63,955 nt of DNA, from the NCBI GenBank assembly GCA_044865955.1, contig JBIOTM010000152.1, positions 1-63,955 of the forward strand, in the 5' to 3' direction. The notes beneath the pieces were generated by a model, which was not told the origin of the DNA, ran no database searches, and saw nothing but the letters and a program-made list of their open reading frames with translations. Position numbers and translations under genes: made by a program. Shown here one piece after another: positions 12,335 through 22,448 of the stretch (position 1 is its first letter; the number at the start of each line of letters is the position of its first letter). Source of the stretch: Actinomycetota bacterium (GTDB lineage Bacteria > Actinomycetota > UBA4738 > HRBIN12).

Positions 12335-13009
12335 GTGGGGAACTTCACCTTCCTGGGCCTGAGGCTGGCCCTGTATCTCGTCGCGTCGCTCTTCGTCGGC
12401 CTGGCCCTGCGTGAGTACGGTCGCGCCTGGGTCGCGGCGAGGCTCGGCGACCCGACCCCGCGCCTGTGGGGTCGCATCACGACGAGGCCCAAGACGTGGT
12501 TCGATCCGTTCGGGAGCGGGTTCGTGCCGGCACTGATCGCGCTGCTGTGGTCCGTGCAGGTGCTGATGATGCCGGCGGCCTACGCGAAGCCGGCGCCGAT
12601 CGACCCGACCAATTTCCGCCGCCATCCCAGGGACGTGGTGGTCGCCTCGCTGGCGGGACCGCTCACGTCGCTCGCGATGGCAGTCGCCGCCGGGCTGCTG
12701 ATCCGCACGGGGGCCCTCTCGGGCGAGGTGCTCCTCGCGGTGGCGGTCCTCGCGTACGCCAACGCCTCGCTGTTCGTCTTCCACCTGCTGCCGATCCCCG
12801 GGCTCGACGGGGGACGGCTCGTGGCGCTGCTGCTCCCGCCGCACGCCCGCGAGGTGTTCCGCAACGCGGACCGGTACCTCGCGCTGTTCGTCCTCGTGGT
12901 GCTGTTCGTGCTCCTCACCGTGCTGCTCACGTTCGTCGTCGTGATCACCGGCGCGGTCTGCGACGCCGCCACCGGACGCGATTGCCTGCTCCTGCTGAGC
13001 TTCGCCTGA
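12335..13009 (+). CDS. Site-2 protease (M50)-family membrane protein
   Basis: GTG at 12335. Polytopic, with LREYGRAWVAARLGDPTPRLWGRIT ... FHLLPIPGLDGGRL. The motif here reads REYGRAW, so the canonical HExxH zinc site is not seen and catalytic competence is uncertain. Confidence 0.7.
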   Translation: MGNFTFLGLRLALYLVASLFVGLALREYGRAWVAARLGDPTPRLWGRITTRPKTWFDPFGSGFVPALIALLWSVQVLMMPAAYAKPAPIDPTNFRRHPRDVVVASLAGPLTSLAMAVAAGLLIRTGALSGEVLLAVAVLAYANASLFVFHLLPIPGLDGGRLVALLLPPHAREVFRNADRYLALFVLVVLFVLLTVLLTFVVVITGAVCDAATGRDCLLLLSFA

Positions 13010-13015
13010 CCCGCG

Positions 13016-14101
13016 GTGCGCGTCCCGGAGCCGCCTGGGGCGAGGGGTATCATCCCCGTCATCGTGACCTCGACAGCGTCCGAGACGCGCTCGTCGGAGC
13101 CCGTCGGCGCCCGGCGCGGCAGGGTGCTCACGGGCTTCCGCCCCACCGGCGACCTGCACGTCGGCCATTGGGCCGGCAACGTCGGTAACGCCGTCCGCCT
13201 CCAGGACGAGGGCTACGAGTGCTACTACTTCGTCGCCGACTGGCACATGCTCACGACCCACTACGACCGGACGGACGAGCTGCCGGCGCTCGTCGAAGGG
13301 TCGGTCCTGGACCTCCTCGCCGCCGGCATCGACCCTGCGCGCGCCGTCGTCTATCGGCAGTCCGACCTGCCGGAGGTGGCGGAGATGTCGCTCCTGCTCG
13401 GCATGATCACCCCGCTCGGCTGGCTGGAGCGGGTGCCGACCTACAAGGAGCGCCTGCGCGACATGTCGGAGCGCGAGGTCGCCAACTTCGGCCTGTTGGG
13501 GTATCCGGTCCTGCAGACGGTCGACATCACGATCGTGCGGGGCGAGCTGGTCCCGGTGGGGGAGGACCAGGTCTCCCACCTCGAGATCTCGAGGGAGATC
13601 GTCCGCCGGTTCAACCGGCTCTACGGCGAGGTCCTCGTGGAGCCGCAGCCACTGCTGAGTGAGACGCCGCTGATCCTCGGGTCCGACGGCCGGAAGATGT
13701 CGAAGTCCTTCGACAACGCGATCGGCCTGGCGGACGATCCGGACACGATCCGGGCGAAGGTCCGCACCTTCATCACGGATCCGCGGAAGGTTCGTCTCGG
13801 CGATCCGGGGAGGCCGGAGATCTGTCCGATCTTCGCCCTGCACACCAGGTTCGGCAAAGACATCCTCGACTGGACCGAGGCCAACTGCCGCTCGGGCGAG
13901 CTTGGCTGCGTCGACTGCAAGACGAACCTCGCGGACCGCCTGATCGAGGAGCTCCGTCCGTTCCGGGAGCGGCGGGTCGAGCTCGCCGGCGAGCCCGGGC
14001 TCGCCGAGAAGGTGCTGGCGGAAGGGCTCGAACGCGTGCGACCGGTCGTCCGGGAGACGCTGGACGCGGTCCGCGACGCGATGGGGTTCCCGACCGCATG
14101 A
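13016..14101 (+). CDS. trpS: Tryptophan--tRNA ligase
   Basis: GFRPTGDLHVGHWAGN (HIGH-type) and KMSKS. An alternative GTG start lies at 13064. Confidence 0.95.
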   Translation: MRVPEPPGARGIIPVIVTSTASETRSSEPVGARRGRVLTGFRPTGDLHVGHWAGNVGNAVRLQDEGYECYYFVADWHMLTTHYDRTDELPALVEGSVLDLLAAGIDPARAVVYRQSDLPEVAEMSLLLGMITPLGWLERVPTYKERLRDMSEREVANFGLLGYPVLQTVDITIVRGELVPVGEDQVSHLEISREIVRRFNRLYGEVLVEPQPLLSETPLILGSDGRKMSKSFDNAIGLADDPDTIRAKVRTFITDPRKVRLGDPGRPEICPIFALHTRFGKDILDWTEANCRSGELGCVDCKTNLADRLIEELRPFRERRVELAGEPGLAEKVLAEGLERVRPVVRETLDAVRDAMGFPTA

Positions 14102-14835
14102 ACGGTGACGGCGCCGGCGCGTTCGCCGTCGAGCTCCCCGCGTTCACCGGCCCCTTCCGCCTGCTCGCCGACCTGATCCTCGAACAGAAGGTCGACGTGT
14201 GCGACGTGTCCGTGGCCGACGTCACGGACGGGTTCCTCGCCTACGCCAGGGATGCCGATCGCTGGGACCTCGAGGAGGTCACGTGGTTCCTCGCGATGTG
14301 CGCGATCCTCCTCGAGCTGAAGGTCGGACGGCTGATGCCGAAGCACGCCGGGGCGGACGACGAGGATCTGCTCGGCGGCTCGCCGGATCTGGCGTACGCC
14401 CGTTCGCTCGAGCTCGCCGCGTTCCGGAAGGTGGCGATGGAACTCGCGCGGCGCCTGGAGGAGGAGGCCGGCTACTTCACCCGGGACGTCGGTCCCGGTC
14501 CCGAGCTCTCCCACCTCTACCCGGACCCGATGACGCGGGTCGGGGTGGACGACGTCGCCCGCCTGGCGGGGGGGCTCCTGCGCCCCCCGCCGACCCTGGA
14601 CCTCACCCACGTGACGCCGATCCGGTACACGATGGCCGAGGCGATGTCGGCCGTGGAACGTCGGATCGAGGGGTTCGGTCGGGCGGCGTCCTTCCGTGAC
14701 CTGGTTTCGGATTGCGACGAACGGATCCAGGTCGTGGTGCGGTTCCTCGCCCTGCTCGAGCTGTACCGGGACGGGCGGGTGGAGCTGCGCCAGGGGGCGA
14801 CGTTCGGCGAGATCCACGTCGAGTGGCAGGGATGA
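14098..14835 (+). CDS. scpA: Segregation and condensation protein A
   Basis: ATGA overlap with trpS. FTGPFRLLADLILEQKVDVCDVSVADVTDGFL and FLALLELYRDGRVEL. Confidence 0.92.
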   Translation: MNGDGAGAFAVELPAFTGPFRLLADLILEQKVDVCDVSVADVTDGFLAYARDADRWDLEEVTWFLAMCAILLELKVGRLMPKHAGADDEDLLGGSPDLAYARSLELAAFRKVAMELARRLEEEAGYFTRDVGPGPELSHLYPDPMTRVGVDDVARLAGGLLRPPPTLDLTHVTPIRYTMAEAMSAVERRIEGFGRAASFRDLVSDCDERIQVVVRFLALLELYRDGRVELRQGATFGEIHVEWQG

Positions 14836-15422
14836 CGCCGATGCCCGAGACCGGCGCGGTCGACACGCGGGCGCTGGAGGCGCTCCTGTTCGTCTCGGAC
14901 GAGCCCCTCCCCCCCTCGGTGCTGGCCCAGGCCCTCGAGATGGATCGGCGGGCGGTCGACGGGCTCTGCGATCGTCTCGCCGGGGAGCTCGAGGATCGGG
15001 GCGCGGGCGTGGTGCTGCGGAACGTGGCGGGCGGCTGGCGACTGTTCACCCATCCGGACACCGCTCCGGAGGTCGAGCGCTTCGTGCTGTCCTCCCGCCA
15101 GGCTCGACTCACGAAGGCCGCCCTCGAGTGCCTGGCCATCGTCGCCTACAAGCAACCGGTCACCCGACACCAGGTGGCATCGATCCGGGGCGTGAACTCC
15201 GATGGCGTGTTGCGCGCCCTCCAGGACAAGGGCCTGGTGGAGGAAGCGGGTCGGGAGGAGACGCCGGGCCGCCCCGTCCTGTACGCCACGACGCCGGTCT
15301 TCCTGGAGCGGCTGGGGTTGCCGTCCCTGGCGGCCTTGCCGTCCCTGGCGCCGCTCCTCGAGGTCGACGACGCGCAGGAGGAGGACGGTCCGCCATCCGA
15401 ACCGACCGGCGCCGGCGAGTAG
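14832..15422 (+). CDS. scpB: Segregation and condensation protein B
   Basis: ATGA overlap with scpA. LEALLFVSDEPL, AALECLAIVAYKQPVTRHQVASIRGVNSDGVLRAL and GRPVLYATT. Confidence 0.92.
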   Translation: MTPMPETGAVDTRALEALLFVSDEPLPPSVLAQALEMDRRAVDGLCDRLAGELEDRGAGVVLRNVAGGWRLFTHPDTAPEVERFVLSSRQARLTKAALECLAIVAYKQPVTRHQVASIRGVNSDGVLRALQDKGLVEEAGREETPGRPVLYATTPVFLERLGLPSLAALPSLAPLLEVDDAQEEDGPPSEPTGAGE

Positions 15423-15426
15423 GCCG

Positions 15427-16146
15427 GTGCCGGCCGAGCGGGTGCAGCGGCTCCTGGCACGAGCGGGGTTCGGCTCACGTCGAGCGTGCGAGGAGCTGGT
15501 CCTCGAGGGACGGGTGACGGTCAACGGGACCGTCGCGACGATCGGGGACCGCGCCGACCCCGAGAAGGATGAGGTTCGGGTCGACGGCCTGGACGTGAAC
15601 CTCGATCCCAACGTGAGGTATTACGCGTTCCACAAGCCTCCCGGGGTCGTCACGACGATGCGGGATCCCCAGGGACGCACCGATATCAGGGGGTTCCTGC
15701 CGGCCGGTCCTCGCGTGTTCCCGGTGGGGCGGCTCGATCGTGACACCGAGGGCCTCCTGCTGCTCACGAACGACGGGGACCTCGCCAACGCCCTGACGCA
15801 CCCCCGGTTCGGCGTCGAGAAGGAGTACCTCGCCGAGGTCGATGGTGTGCCCACCGCCCGGCAGGTGGGGCGACTGCGTCGCGGCGTGGACCTCGAGGAC
15901 GGCCCGGCACGTGCGAAGTCCGCGCGCCTGGCGGGACGATCCGGCCAGCGGGGCGCCGTCCGGGTCGTCATGACCGAAGGCCGGAAGCGCGAGGTCCGTC
16001 GGCTGCTCGACGCCGTGGGCCTGCCGGTGACCAGGCTCGTGCGGATCCGGGTGGGGCCGGTCCGGCTCGGTCGCCTCCCGCCCGGCCAGCTCCGGGAGTT
16101 GTCGCACGACGAGGTCGTGGGCCTCAGGGGAGCCGCCGGCGGGTAG
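15427..16146 (+). CDS. rluB: Pseudouridine synthase, RsuA/RluB family
   Basis: GTG at 15427. S4 domain (RVQRLLARAGFGSRRACEELVLEGRVTVNG) and catalytic GRLDRDTEGLLLLTNDG. Confidence 0.88.
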   Translation: MPAERVQRLLARAGFGSRRACEELVLEGRVTVNGTVATIGDRADPEKDEVRVDGLDVNLDPNVRYYAFHKPPGVVTTMRDPQGRTDIRGFLPAGPRVFPVGRLDRDTEGLLLLTNDGDLANALTHPRFGVEKEYLAEVDGVPTARQVGRLRRGVDLEDGPARAKSARLAGRSGQRGAVRVVMTEGRKREVRRLLDAVGLPVTRLVRIRVGPVRLGRLPPGQLRELSHDEVVGLRGAAGG

Positions 16147-16186
16147 CCTGAAGGACCTCGGGGCGCCGCTCCGGGGGAGGTGTCCA

Positions 16187-16549
16187 GTGAGGCTCCGTGC
16201 GGCGCGCGGAGCCATCCGCGTGCCATCCGACGACAGCGCAGCGCTGCTCGGCTCCACCGAGCGGCTGCTCTCGGCCATGCTGCGGCGCAACGGGATCGAG
16301 GATGAGGATCTCGTGAGCGTGATGTTCACGGCGACGGACGACCTGCGGTCGGCCTTCCCCGCCGAAGCAGCTCGACGGATGGGGCTCGGTCGCGTGCCCC
16401 TGATGTGCGCGCGGGAGATCCCCGTCGAGGGCTCGATGGCGTCGGTGATCCGCATCCTCATGCACTTCCATTCCGACCGGACGCTGGACGAGGTCGTGCA
16501 CGTGTACCTCGACGGCGCCGAGTCGCTCCGAGATGACGCCGAGCCCTGA
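16187..16549 (+). CDS. aroH: Chorismate mutase, AroH class
   Basis: LRAARGAI ... DLVSVMFTATDDL ... PLMCAREI.V.GS...IRILMHF is typical of the 120-aa AroH type. Confidence 0.85.
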   Translation: MRLRAARGAIRVPSDDSAALLGSTERLLSAMLRRNGIEDEDLVSVMFTATDDLRSAFPAEAARRMGLGRVPLMCAREIPVEGSMASVIRILMHFHSDRTLDEVVHVYLDGAESLRDDAEP

Positions 16550-17651
16550 TCCGACGGTGCCCGCGATCGAGCGGGTGACCGTGCTCGGCACCGGCTTCAT
16601 GGGCACGTCGGTGGCCATGGCGGCGGCGCGGGCCGGAGGCGCCGTGACCGGATGGGACGTCGACCCTGCGACGGCGGCCCGCGCCGCCGCCGCGGCCGGA
16701 TGCGCCCGAGCCGCGTCCCTCGAGCAGGCCGTCGAGGCGGCCCAGCTCGTCGTCGTCTGCACGCCGATCCCGACGATCGCGCCCCTCGTCGCCACGGCGC
16801 TCGCGGCCGCCCCCGCCGCGATCGTCACCGACGTGGGCAGCATCAAGGGCCGGGTGGCGCGGGAGGTCGCCGAGCGGGCCGCCCGCGGAGACCTCCCCAG
16901 GTACGTGCCGGGCCACCCGATGGGCGGGAGCGAGCGGTCCGGACCGGAGCACGCCTCGGCCTCCGTCCTCGACGGGATCGTCTGGGTCCTCGCAGGGGGC
17001 GGGGCAGCCGCCGGGGACGCGGTCGATGCCGTGGAGGCCTGGGTCGGGCGCCTCGGAGCCACCCCCGTCCGGATGGCTCCCGATCGCCACGATCGGCTGG
17101 TGGCCTTCGTCAGTCATCTGCCGCAGGTCGCGTCCACCGCGCTGATGAGCGTCGCCGCGACGGAGGAAGCGGACGAGCCCGAGATCCTCCTCCTCGCGGC
17201 GGGGGGCTTCCGCGACCTCACCCGGCTGGCGGCGTCCGACGCCCGCCTCTGGTCGTCGATCCTCCTGGCGAACCGGGATCAGCTCGCGGAGGCGATCGAC
17301 CTCTACGTGGAGCGTCTGGTGAGCCTCCGCGACGATGTGCTCGGGGGCCGCGCCGAGGCCGTCGAGTCCACGTTCGCGCAGGCGAAGGAGGCCCGGCTCG
17401 GCCTCACCGCGAAACCCCAGGTGAAGGCGGGCGTCGCGGTCCTGCAGGTCGAGGTGCCCGACCGGCCGGGCGCGCTCGCGCACCTCACCTCGACGCTGGC
17501 GGAGGGCAGCGTGAACATCGAGGACCTCCAGATCGTCCACTCGCCCGAGGGGGGCCGAGGGACCGTCCACCTCACGGTCGCGGCCGGGGCGGCCCCTGCC
17601 GCGACGGACGTCCTGGGGGCGGGCGGCTTCGATCCCATCAGGCTGGCGTGA
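16533..17651 (+). CDS. tyrA: Prephenate dehydrogenase with C-terminal ACT domain
   Basis: VTVLGTGFMGTSVA, GHPMGGSERSG, SHLPQV and an ACT-like LQVEVPDRPGALAHLTSTL. Overlaps aroH by 17 nt. Confidence 0.9.
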   Translation: MTPSPDPTVPAIERVTVLGTGFMGTSVAMAAARAGGAVTGWDVDPATAARAAAAAGCARAASLEQAVEAAQLVVVCTPIPTIAPLVATALAAAPAAIVTDVGSIKGRVAREVAERAARGDLPRYVPGHPMGGSERSGPEHASASVLDGIVWVLAGGGAAAGDAVDAVEAWVGRLGATPVRMAPDRHDRLVAFVSHLPQVASTALMSVAATEEADEPEILLLAAGGFRDLTRLAASDARLWSSILLANRDQLAEAIDLYVERLVSLRDDVLGGRAEAVESTFAQAKEARLGLTAKPQVKAGVAVLQVEVPDRPGALAHLTSTLAEGSVNIEDLQIVHSPEGGRGTVHLTVAAGAAPAATDVLGAGGFDPIRLA

Positions 17652-17656
17652 GGACG

Positions 17657-19045
17657 ATGCGCGTTCGGGTGGTGCCCGGCGCCCGGTTCGGAGGGGAGAC
17701 CGCCGTCCCCGGCGACAAGTCGATCGCGCATCGGTGGCTCCTCCTGGCCGCCACCGCTCGAGGACGGAGCCGGATCGGGGGACTCCCTCGGGCCCTCGAC
17801 ACGGCGTCGACCGCGACCTGCCTGGCGCACCTCGTTCCATCGATCCGACCTGCACTGGAGGCTTGGGCTTCGGGGTCGCCCGCCATCGATGAGCGCAACG
17901 GTTCCACGTGGAACCGGGACGACGCAACCCTCGACCACCTTGAGCTTGACGGTGAGGGTCGTCGGTCCCTCGTCGATCCCGGTCACCCCCTCGACTGCGG
18001 GAACTCCGCCACGACGATGCGCCTGCTCACGGGCCTGGTGGCATCGGCCTCCTTCAGGACCGTGCTGGACGGGGACCGGAGCCTCTCACGGCGGCCGATG
18101 GAGCGGGTCGCCCGTCCGCTCCGGGGGATGGGCGCGGACGTCAGGACGAACGACGGCCGCCCCCCGGTCACCGTCCGGGGATCCGACAGGCTCCACGGCA
18201 TCCGATTCCAACCCGACCTCCCGAGCGCGCAGGTGAAGGGCGCCGTGCTCTTCGCGGCCCTCGCCGCCGAGGGGGAGACCGCGGTGATCGAACGGATCCC
18301 GACACGCGATCACACGGAGCGGGCCCTCGGCGCGCTGGGCGCGCCCATCCGGGTGGCCGTTTCCCCGACCGGCGCCGCTCGCGAGGTCATCGTGGAGGGC
18401 CCGTCCCAGCACCCTGGGTTCGAGGGCATCGTGCCGGGCGACGCTTCGTCGGCCGCCTTCCTGATCGGGGCGGCGGCCCTGAGCGGCGGCGGGCTCACGG
18501 TCGCGGGTGTGGGGCTCAACCCGTCGCGCCTCCGGTTCCTCGAGGTGACCGGCAGGATGGGGGTGAGGGTCGAGACCGAGGTCGAGGAGGACCGGGTGGG
18601 GGAGCCCGTCGGCACGTTGCGGGTCCACCCGCCCGACGGCCTGCGACCCGCGCACGTGGGGCCCGATGAGCTCCCCCTCGTCGTCGACGAGGTCCCGATC
18701 CTCGCCGCCATGGCGACCCACGCGGACGGCGAGTCGAGGTTCGAGGGTGGCGCCGAGCTCCGGGTCAAGGAGAGCGACCGCCTCGCGGCGCTCCTCGAGG
18801 GGATCCGGGCGCTCGGTGGTACCGCGGCCGTGGAGGGAGACGATCTGATCGTCGTCGGCGGCGACCTGACCGGAGGGACGGCGGATGGGCGGGGCGATCA
18901 CCGCATCGCGATGGCGCTCGTGGTCGCGGCGCTCGCCGCGAGGGGGCCGTCCGTGATCGACGGCATCGGAGCCGCGGCCGTCTCGTTCCCCGGATTCCTC
19001 GGCCGGTTGGCCTCCCTGGGCGCCGACCTGGAGGAGTCGTCGTGA
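17657..19045 (+). CDS. aroA: 3-phosphoshikimate 1-carboxyvinyltransferase (EPSP synthase)
   Basis: VPGDKSIAHRWLLLAA, DCGNSATTMRLLTG, LSRRPMERV, LPSAQVKGAVLFAAL, KESDRLAAL and GDHRIAMA. Confidence 0.95.
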   Translation: MRVRVVPGARFGGETAVPGDKSIAHRWLLLAATARGRSRIGGLPRALDTASTATCLAHLVPSIRPALEAWASGSPAIDERNGSTWNRDDATLDHLELDGEGRRSLVDPGHPLDCGNSATTMRLLTGLVASASFRTVLDGDRSLSRRPMERVARPLRGMGADVRTNDGRPPVTVRGSDRLHGIRFQPDLPSAQVKGAVLFAALAAEGETAVIERIPTRDHTERALGALGAPIRVAVSPTGAAREVIVEGPSQHPGFEGIVPGDASSAAFLIGAAALSGGGLTVAGVGLNPSRLRFLEVTGRMGVRVETEVEEDRVGEPVGTLRVHPPDGLRPAHVGPDELPLVVDEVPILAAMATHADGESRFEGGAELRVKESDRLAALLEGIRALGGTAAVEGDDLIVVGGDLTGGTADGRGDHRIAMALVVAALAARGPSVIDGIGAAAVSFPGFLGRLASLGADLEESS

Positions 19046-19692
19046 CGCCCCCGGTCGTCGCGATCGACGGCGCGGCGGGCAGCGGGAAGAGCACCCTCGC
19101 CCGACCGCTCGCCGTGAGACTGCGTCTGCCGTACGTGAACACCGGGTCGATGTATCGGGCCCTCACGTTGGAGGCCCGTCGGCGAGAGGTCGACGTCGAG
19201 GATGCGGAGGCCTTGACGGTCCTCGTGGGCACCCTCCACTTCACCGTGAGCCCTGGGGAGCCCCGGGAGCTCTGGATCGACGGCGCACCGCCTCGCCCCG
19301 ACCTCGAGTCCGCCGACGTCGAGGCCCATGTGAGCACGGTCGCCAAGCACCCCCAGGTCCGGGCGCCGATGCGCGCGGTGCAGCGGAGCCTGGGCGAAGG
19401 AGGCGCGGTGATGGAGGGCCGGGACATCGGCTCCGCCGTCTTCCCCGATGCCCCGGTGAAGCTCTACCTGGTCGCCGAGCCGGGGGAGCGCGCCGTCCGA
19501 CGCGCCGAGCAACGGATCGAGGACGGCGTGGCCGGCGCGCTCCATGAGCGAGACCGGAGAGATGCCCGGGTCAACCCGTTCGTCCCCGCCGAGGACGCCG
19601 TGGTGCTCGACACGAGCCAGCTCGATATCGAGGAGACGCTCGAGGCCGCCCTCGCCGTGGTGGCCGAGCGGGCGCCGGAGCTCCTTCCCTGA
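19042..19692 (+). CDS. cmk: Cytidylate kinase
   Basis: GTGA overlap with aroA. VVAIDGAAGSGKSTLARPLA and MEGRDIGSAVFPDA. Confidence 0.93.
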   Translation: MTPPVVAIDGAAGSGKSTLARPLAVRLRLPYVNTGSMYRALTLEARRREVDVEDAEALTVLVGTLHFTVSPGEPRELWIDGAPPRPDLESADVEAHVSTVAKHPQVRAPMRAVQRSLGEGGAVMEGRDIGSAVFPDAPVKLYLVAEPGERAVRRAEQRIEDGVAGALHERDRRDARVNPFVPAEDAVVLDTSQLDIEETLEAALAVVAERAPELLP

Positions 19693-19694
19693 TC

Positions 19695-21014
19695 ATGGCG
19701 CCGACCATGGCCGAGAGCGTTCCCCGGATCGCCGTCGTCGGCCGGCAGAACGTCGGGAAGTCGACCCTGGTGAATCGGCTGTTCGGCGGGCGAGCGGCGA
19801 TCGCTCACCCCGACCCGGGGGTCACCAGGGACCGGGTGGAGCTCGAGGCGACATGGAACGGCCGGCGGTTCGGTCTCGTCGACACCGCCGGGTACCTGCA
19901 CCGACCCACGGGCGTGGAGGCCCTCGCCGCCGAGCAGGCCCTGCGAGCCATCGACCAGGCGCAGCTCGTCCTCCTGGTCACCGACGTGCGATCCGGGATC
20001 ACCGAGGACGACGCGCAGCTCGCCCGCCGCTTGAGAGGAGTCACCGTCCCGGTCCTGCTCGTGGTGAACAAGGCCGACTCGGCGGGCGAGGATCCGGACG
20101 TCGCGAGCTTCCACGCGCTGGGGCTGGGGGAGCCGCTCGGCGTGTCAGCGCAGCACGGGCGCGGGGTGGGTGAGCTGCTCGACCGGCTGGTCGAGCTCCT
20201 GCCCGAGGCACCGGACGTCTCCGATGAGGAGCAGCGAGAGCCCCGGTTCGCCCTGGTCGGCAGGCCGAACGTGGGCAAGTCCAGCGTCTTCAACCTGCTC
20301 GTGGGAGAGGAGCGCTCGGTGGTGTACGAAGAGGCGGGCACCACCCGGGACAGCGTCGACGCGCTGGTGCAGTGGCCGGGCGGGGGCCGGATCCGGTTCG
20401 TGGACACCGCGGGGATGCGCAGGGCCATCCGCGTCCGCGGGGTGGACTACTACAGCTTCGTTCGAGCGGGCGAGGCGATCGATCGAGCGCACGCGGCGGC
20501 GGTGATCTTCGACGCGAACGAAGGCCTGACCGCCGAGGACCAGAAGATCGCGTTCCGCGTGCTCGAGGCGGGGAGGGCGCTGGTGCTCGTGGCGAACAAG
20601 TGGGATCTGGTGGAGGAGAAGGATCGCCTGTTCAAGCGGCTGACCGAGGAAGCGAAGATGCTGGCGCGGGCGACCGTGATCCGCACCTCCGCCCTCCACG
20701 GCCTCGGGATCGGGCGCGTCCCCACGACCTTGCTCGATCTGCACGATCGGTGGCTCCGGCGCGCTGCCACCTCTCGGGTGAACGAGGTGCTCCAGGCCGC
20801 CCAGGGCTCGAGACCGGCCCCCCGACGCTCGGGGACGCTGCACTACGCGGCGCAGGTGGCGGCCGGTCCGCCCTCGTTCGTCGTCTTCGGCGGGGGACGG
20901 CCCGATCCCGGGTACCAGCGCTACCTGGAGAACCGGTTCCGGGAGGCGTTCGGGCTGGACGGGATCCCCCTCAGGATGCGGTTCCGTCCCCGGACGCGGA
21001 GGCGTGGGCGCTGA
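19695..21014 (+). CDS. der: Ribosome-associated GTPase Der (EngA), tandem GTPase domains plus KH-like tail
   Basis: Two G domains (VVGRQNVGKSTLVNRL / DTAG / NKAD and LVGRPNVGKSSVFNLL / DTAGMR / NKWD). Confidence 0.95.
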   Translation: MAPTMAESVPRIAVVGRQNVGKSTLVNRLFGGRAAIAHPDPGVTRDRVELEATWNGRRFGLVDTAGYLHRPTGVEALAAEQALRAIDQAQLVLLVTDVRSGITEDDAQLARRLRGVTVPVLLVVNKADSAGEDPDVASFHALGLGEPLGVSAQHGRGVGELLDRLVELLPEAPDVSDEEQREPRFALVGRPNVGKSSVFNLLVGEERSVVYEEAGTTRDSVDALVQWPGGGRIRFVDTAGMRRAIRVRGVDYYSFVRAGEAIDRAHAAAVIFDANEGLTAEDQKIAFRVLEAGRALVLVANKWDLVEEKDRLFKRLTEEAKMLARATVIRTSALHGLGIGRVPTTLLDLHDRWLRRAATSRVNEVLQAAQGSRPAPRRSGTLHYAAQVAAGPPSFVVFGGGRPDPGYQRYLENRFREAFGLDGIPLRMRFRPRTRRRGR

Positions 21015-21064
21015 GCCCGTCTCGGCTCGATGTCCCGCAGACCCAGCCGCTAGACTTGATGCCG

Positions 21065-21105
21065 CGGGCCGTGGCGCAGCTTGATGAGCCCGTCTGCCTG
21101 GGGGT
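21065..21105 (+). repeat. Degenerate copy of the 5' half of tRNA-Pro (acceptor to anticodon loop). Left att-like direct repeat of a decayed island
   Basis: cgggccgtggcgcagcttgAtgagcCcgtctgCctgggggt matches 23732-23772 at 38 of 41 positions. No T-arm or 3' acceptor follows, so it is not a functional tRNA. Confidence 0.8.
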
Positions 21106-21439
21106 GGGCTGGGGCAAAATGGTCACCTGCGTATGCAGATGATGGCCGAGCGCTAGGGTAGACGGTGTCGTCAGACGGCGGCGCGAGGAGCGGGCGAGTA
21201 GGATTCCTCGGACCTCAAGGAACCCTCATGCGCTAACGTTTCCCGGGAGCCGCGGGCGATCGACAACGGCCCGCCGGTCATCGGACGCGACCGGCAGGTA
21301 ACCGCGAGTGACTGCCACGTCGGCGTGTGAGCAGCTTCGAGACGATCGAGATTGGGACGCCCTCCAACCAGCAGGTGAGAGGCGAAGGACGACCGCAACC
21401 TGTGGAACCTCCGACGATTTGGGCAGGAGGCCCGTTGCG

Positions 21440-21913
21440 ATGCCGCCATACCCATTGAGTGATCGCCTGGCGCGCAATGCCCGCCGGACCGCTGTCCGGC
21501 TCGAGGAACGCGACCCCCCTGCAGCGGCGACTCTCCCGGATATCCCGGCCTGGGCATTGGCGGCCGTCCTGGTCGATGGCGACGTCTTCGTGCTGACGAT
21601 CACGCGGACAGGGGGCGAGCGAGGACCAGTTTGCGGAACGCCTCCTCTGGTTGGTGGCTCGGCCGTGGCCGCTGCCCAGGAGGGCCTACCGGCGGTGATC
21701 ATCGTTGTTCTCGCCCTTCGGCGTGCGGAGATGCTGACCAAGGAGCGATCGTCCCTCGGCTGCCTGCGGTCGAGACCCTGGGCTCGTCGACGGTCATCCA
21801 ACATGGACAAGATGGCACCCTCACAGAGGACCATGAAAGTTGAGGGGCTCGTGCTGGGGGAGCGTGTTCCAGGTTGCCGCGCCGGCCTCCTTCCCCGGAG
21901 GGACACAAGCTAG
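21440..21913 (+). CDS. Hypothetical protein (island-borne). Coding status uncertain
   Basis: ATG at 21440 preceded by ggcaggagg. No recognisable motif. Competing ORFs on the opposite strand are RSP-rich. Confidence 0.25.
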   Translation: MPPYPLSDRLARNARRTAVRLEERDPPAAATLPDIPAWALAAVLVDGDVFVLTITRTGGERGPVCGTPPLVGGSAVAAAQEGLPAVIIVVLALRRAEMLTKERSSLGCLRSRPWARRRSSNMDKMAPSQRTMKVEGLVLGERVPGCRAGLLPRRDTS

Positions 21914-22448
21914 CGATCGCGCTCGGGCGCGAGGCGACATTTCACCCTCCATCGGCGATCCGCTGGGAGATCTCGCTCCTGGATGCGGGCTGCGGCGACG
22001 ATGTCCGCCGCACGCGGAAGGCTCATCATCTCAAGCACAACTAGGTCTTGATTTCTACTTGCACCGAGGAATCCGGTTCCGGGGCCCGAAGCCCCTGACA
22101 AATCCCCCCTGGGTGTCCCGGACCCGTCTCGTCATCCAGTGACACGGACACGCCACGCCCGGCCCAGGGCGCCCGAGGGCATCCGCGCACGTCAAGAGAG
22201 GGCTGGCGGCGGCCCGGCGACGAGAGCTGCTTCGAGGAACTAGGTCGACTGGCCCATGGCAGAAAGGGAATGGTGATTGCGATCGCATGAGGAAGCGTAC
22301 CGTCAGCTTGGGAAAGCGACGCGATCTGGGGCAGGACGCTCAGCGGTGGTGGCCTGAGTTGCCTCGGCTCCAACTGTCACAGAACAACCCATCCGACCGA
22401 TGTACAGGTGGGTGCATTGCTCGCACGAGTAGCAGATCAGAGGTGAGG

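Noticed and set aside
21065-21140. Possible second tRNA-Pro gene after der
   Set aside because: Only the acceptor 5' strand, D arm and anticodon loop are present. The anticodon stem does not pair (tctgc / tgggc), and there is no T arm or 3' acceptor strand. It is interpreted as an att-type partial duplicate.
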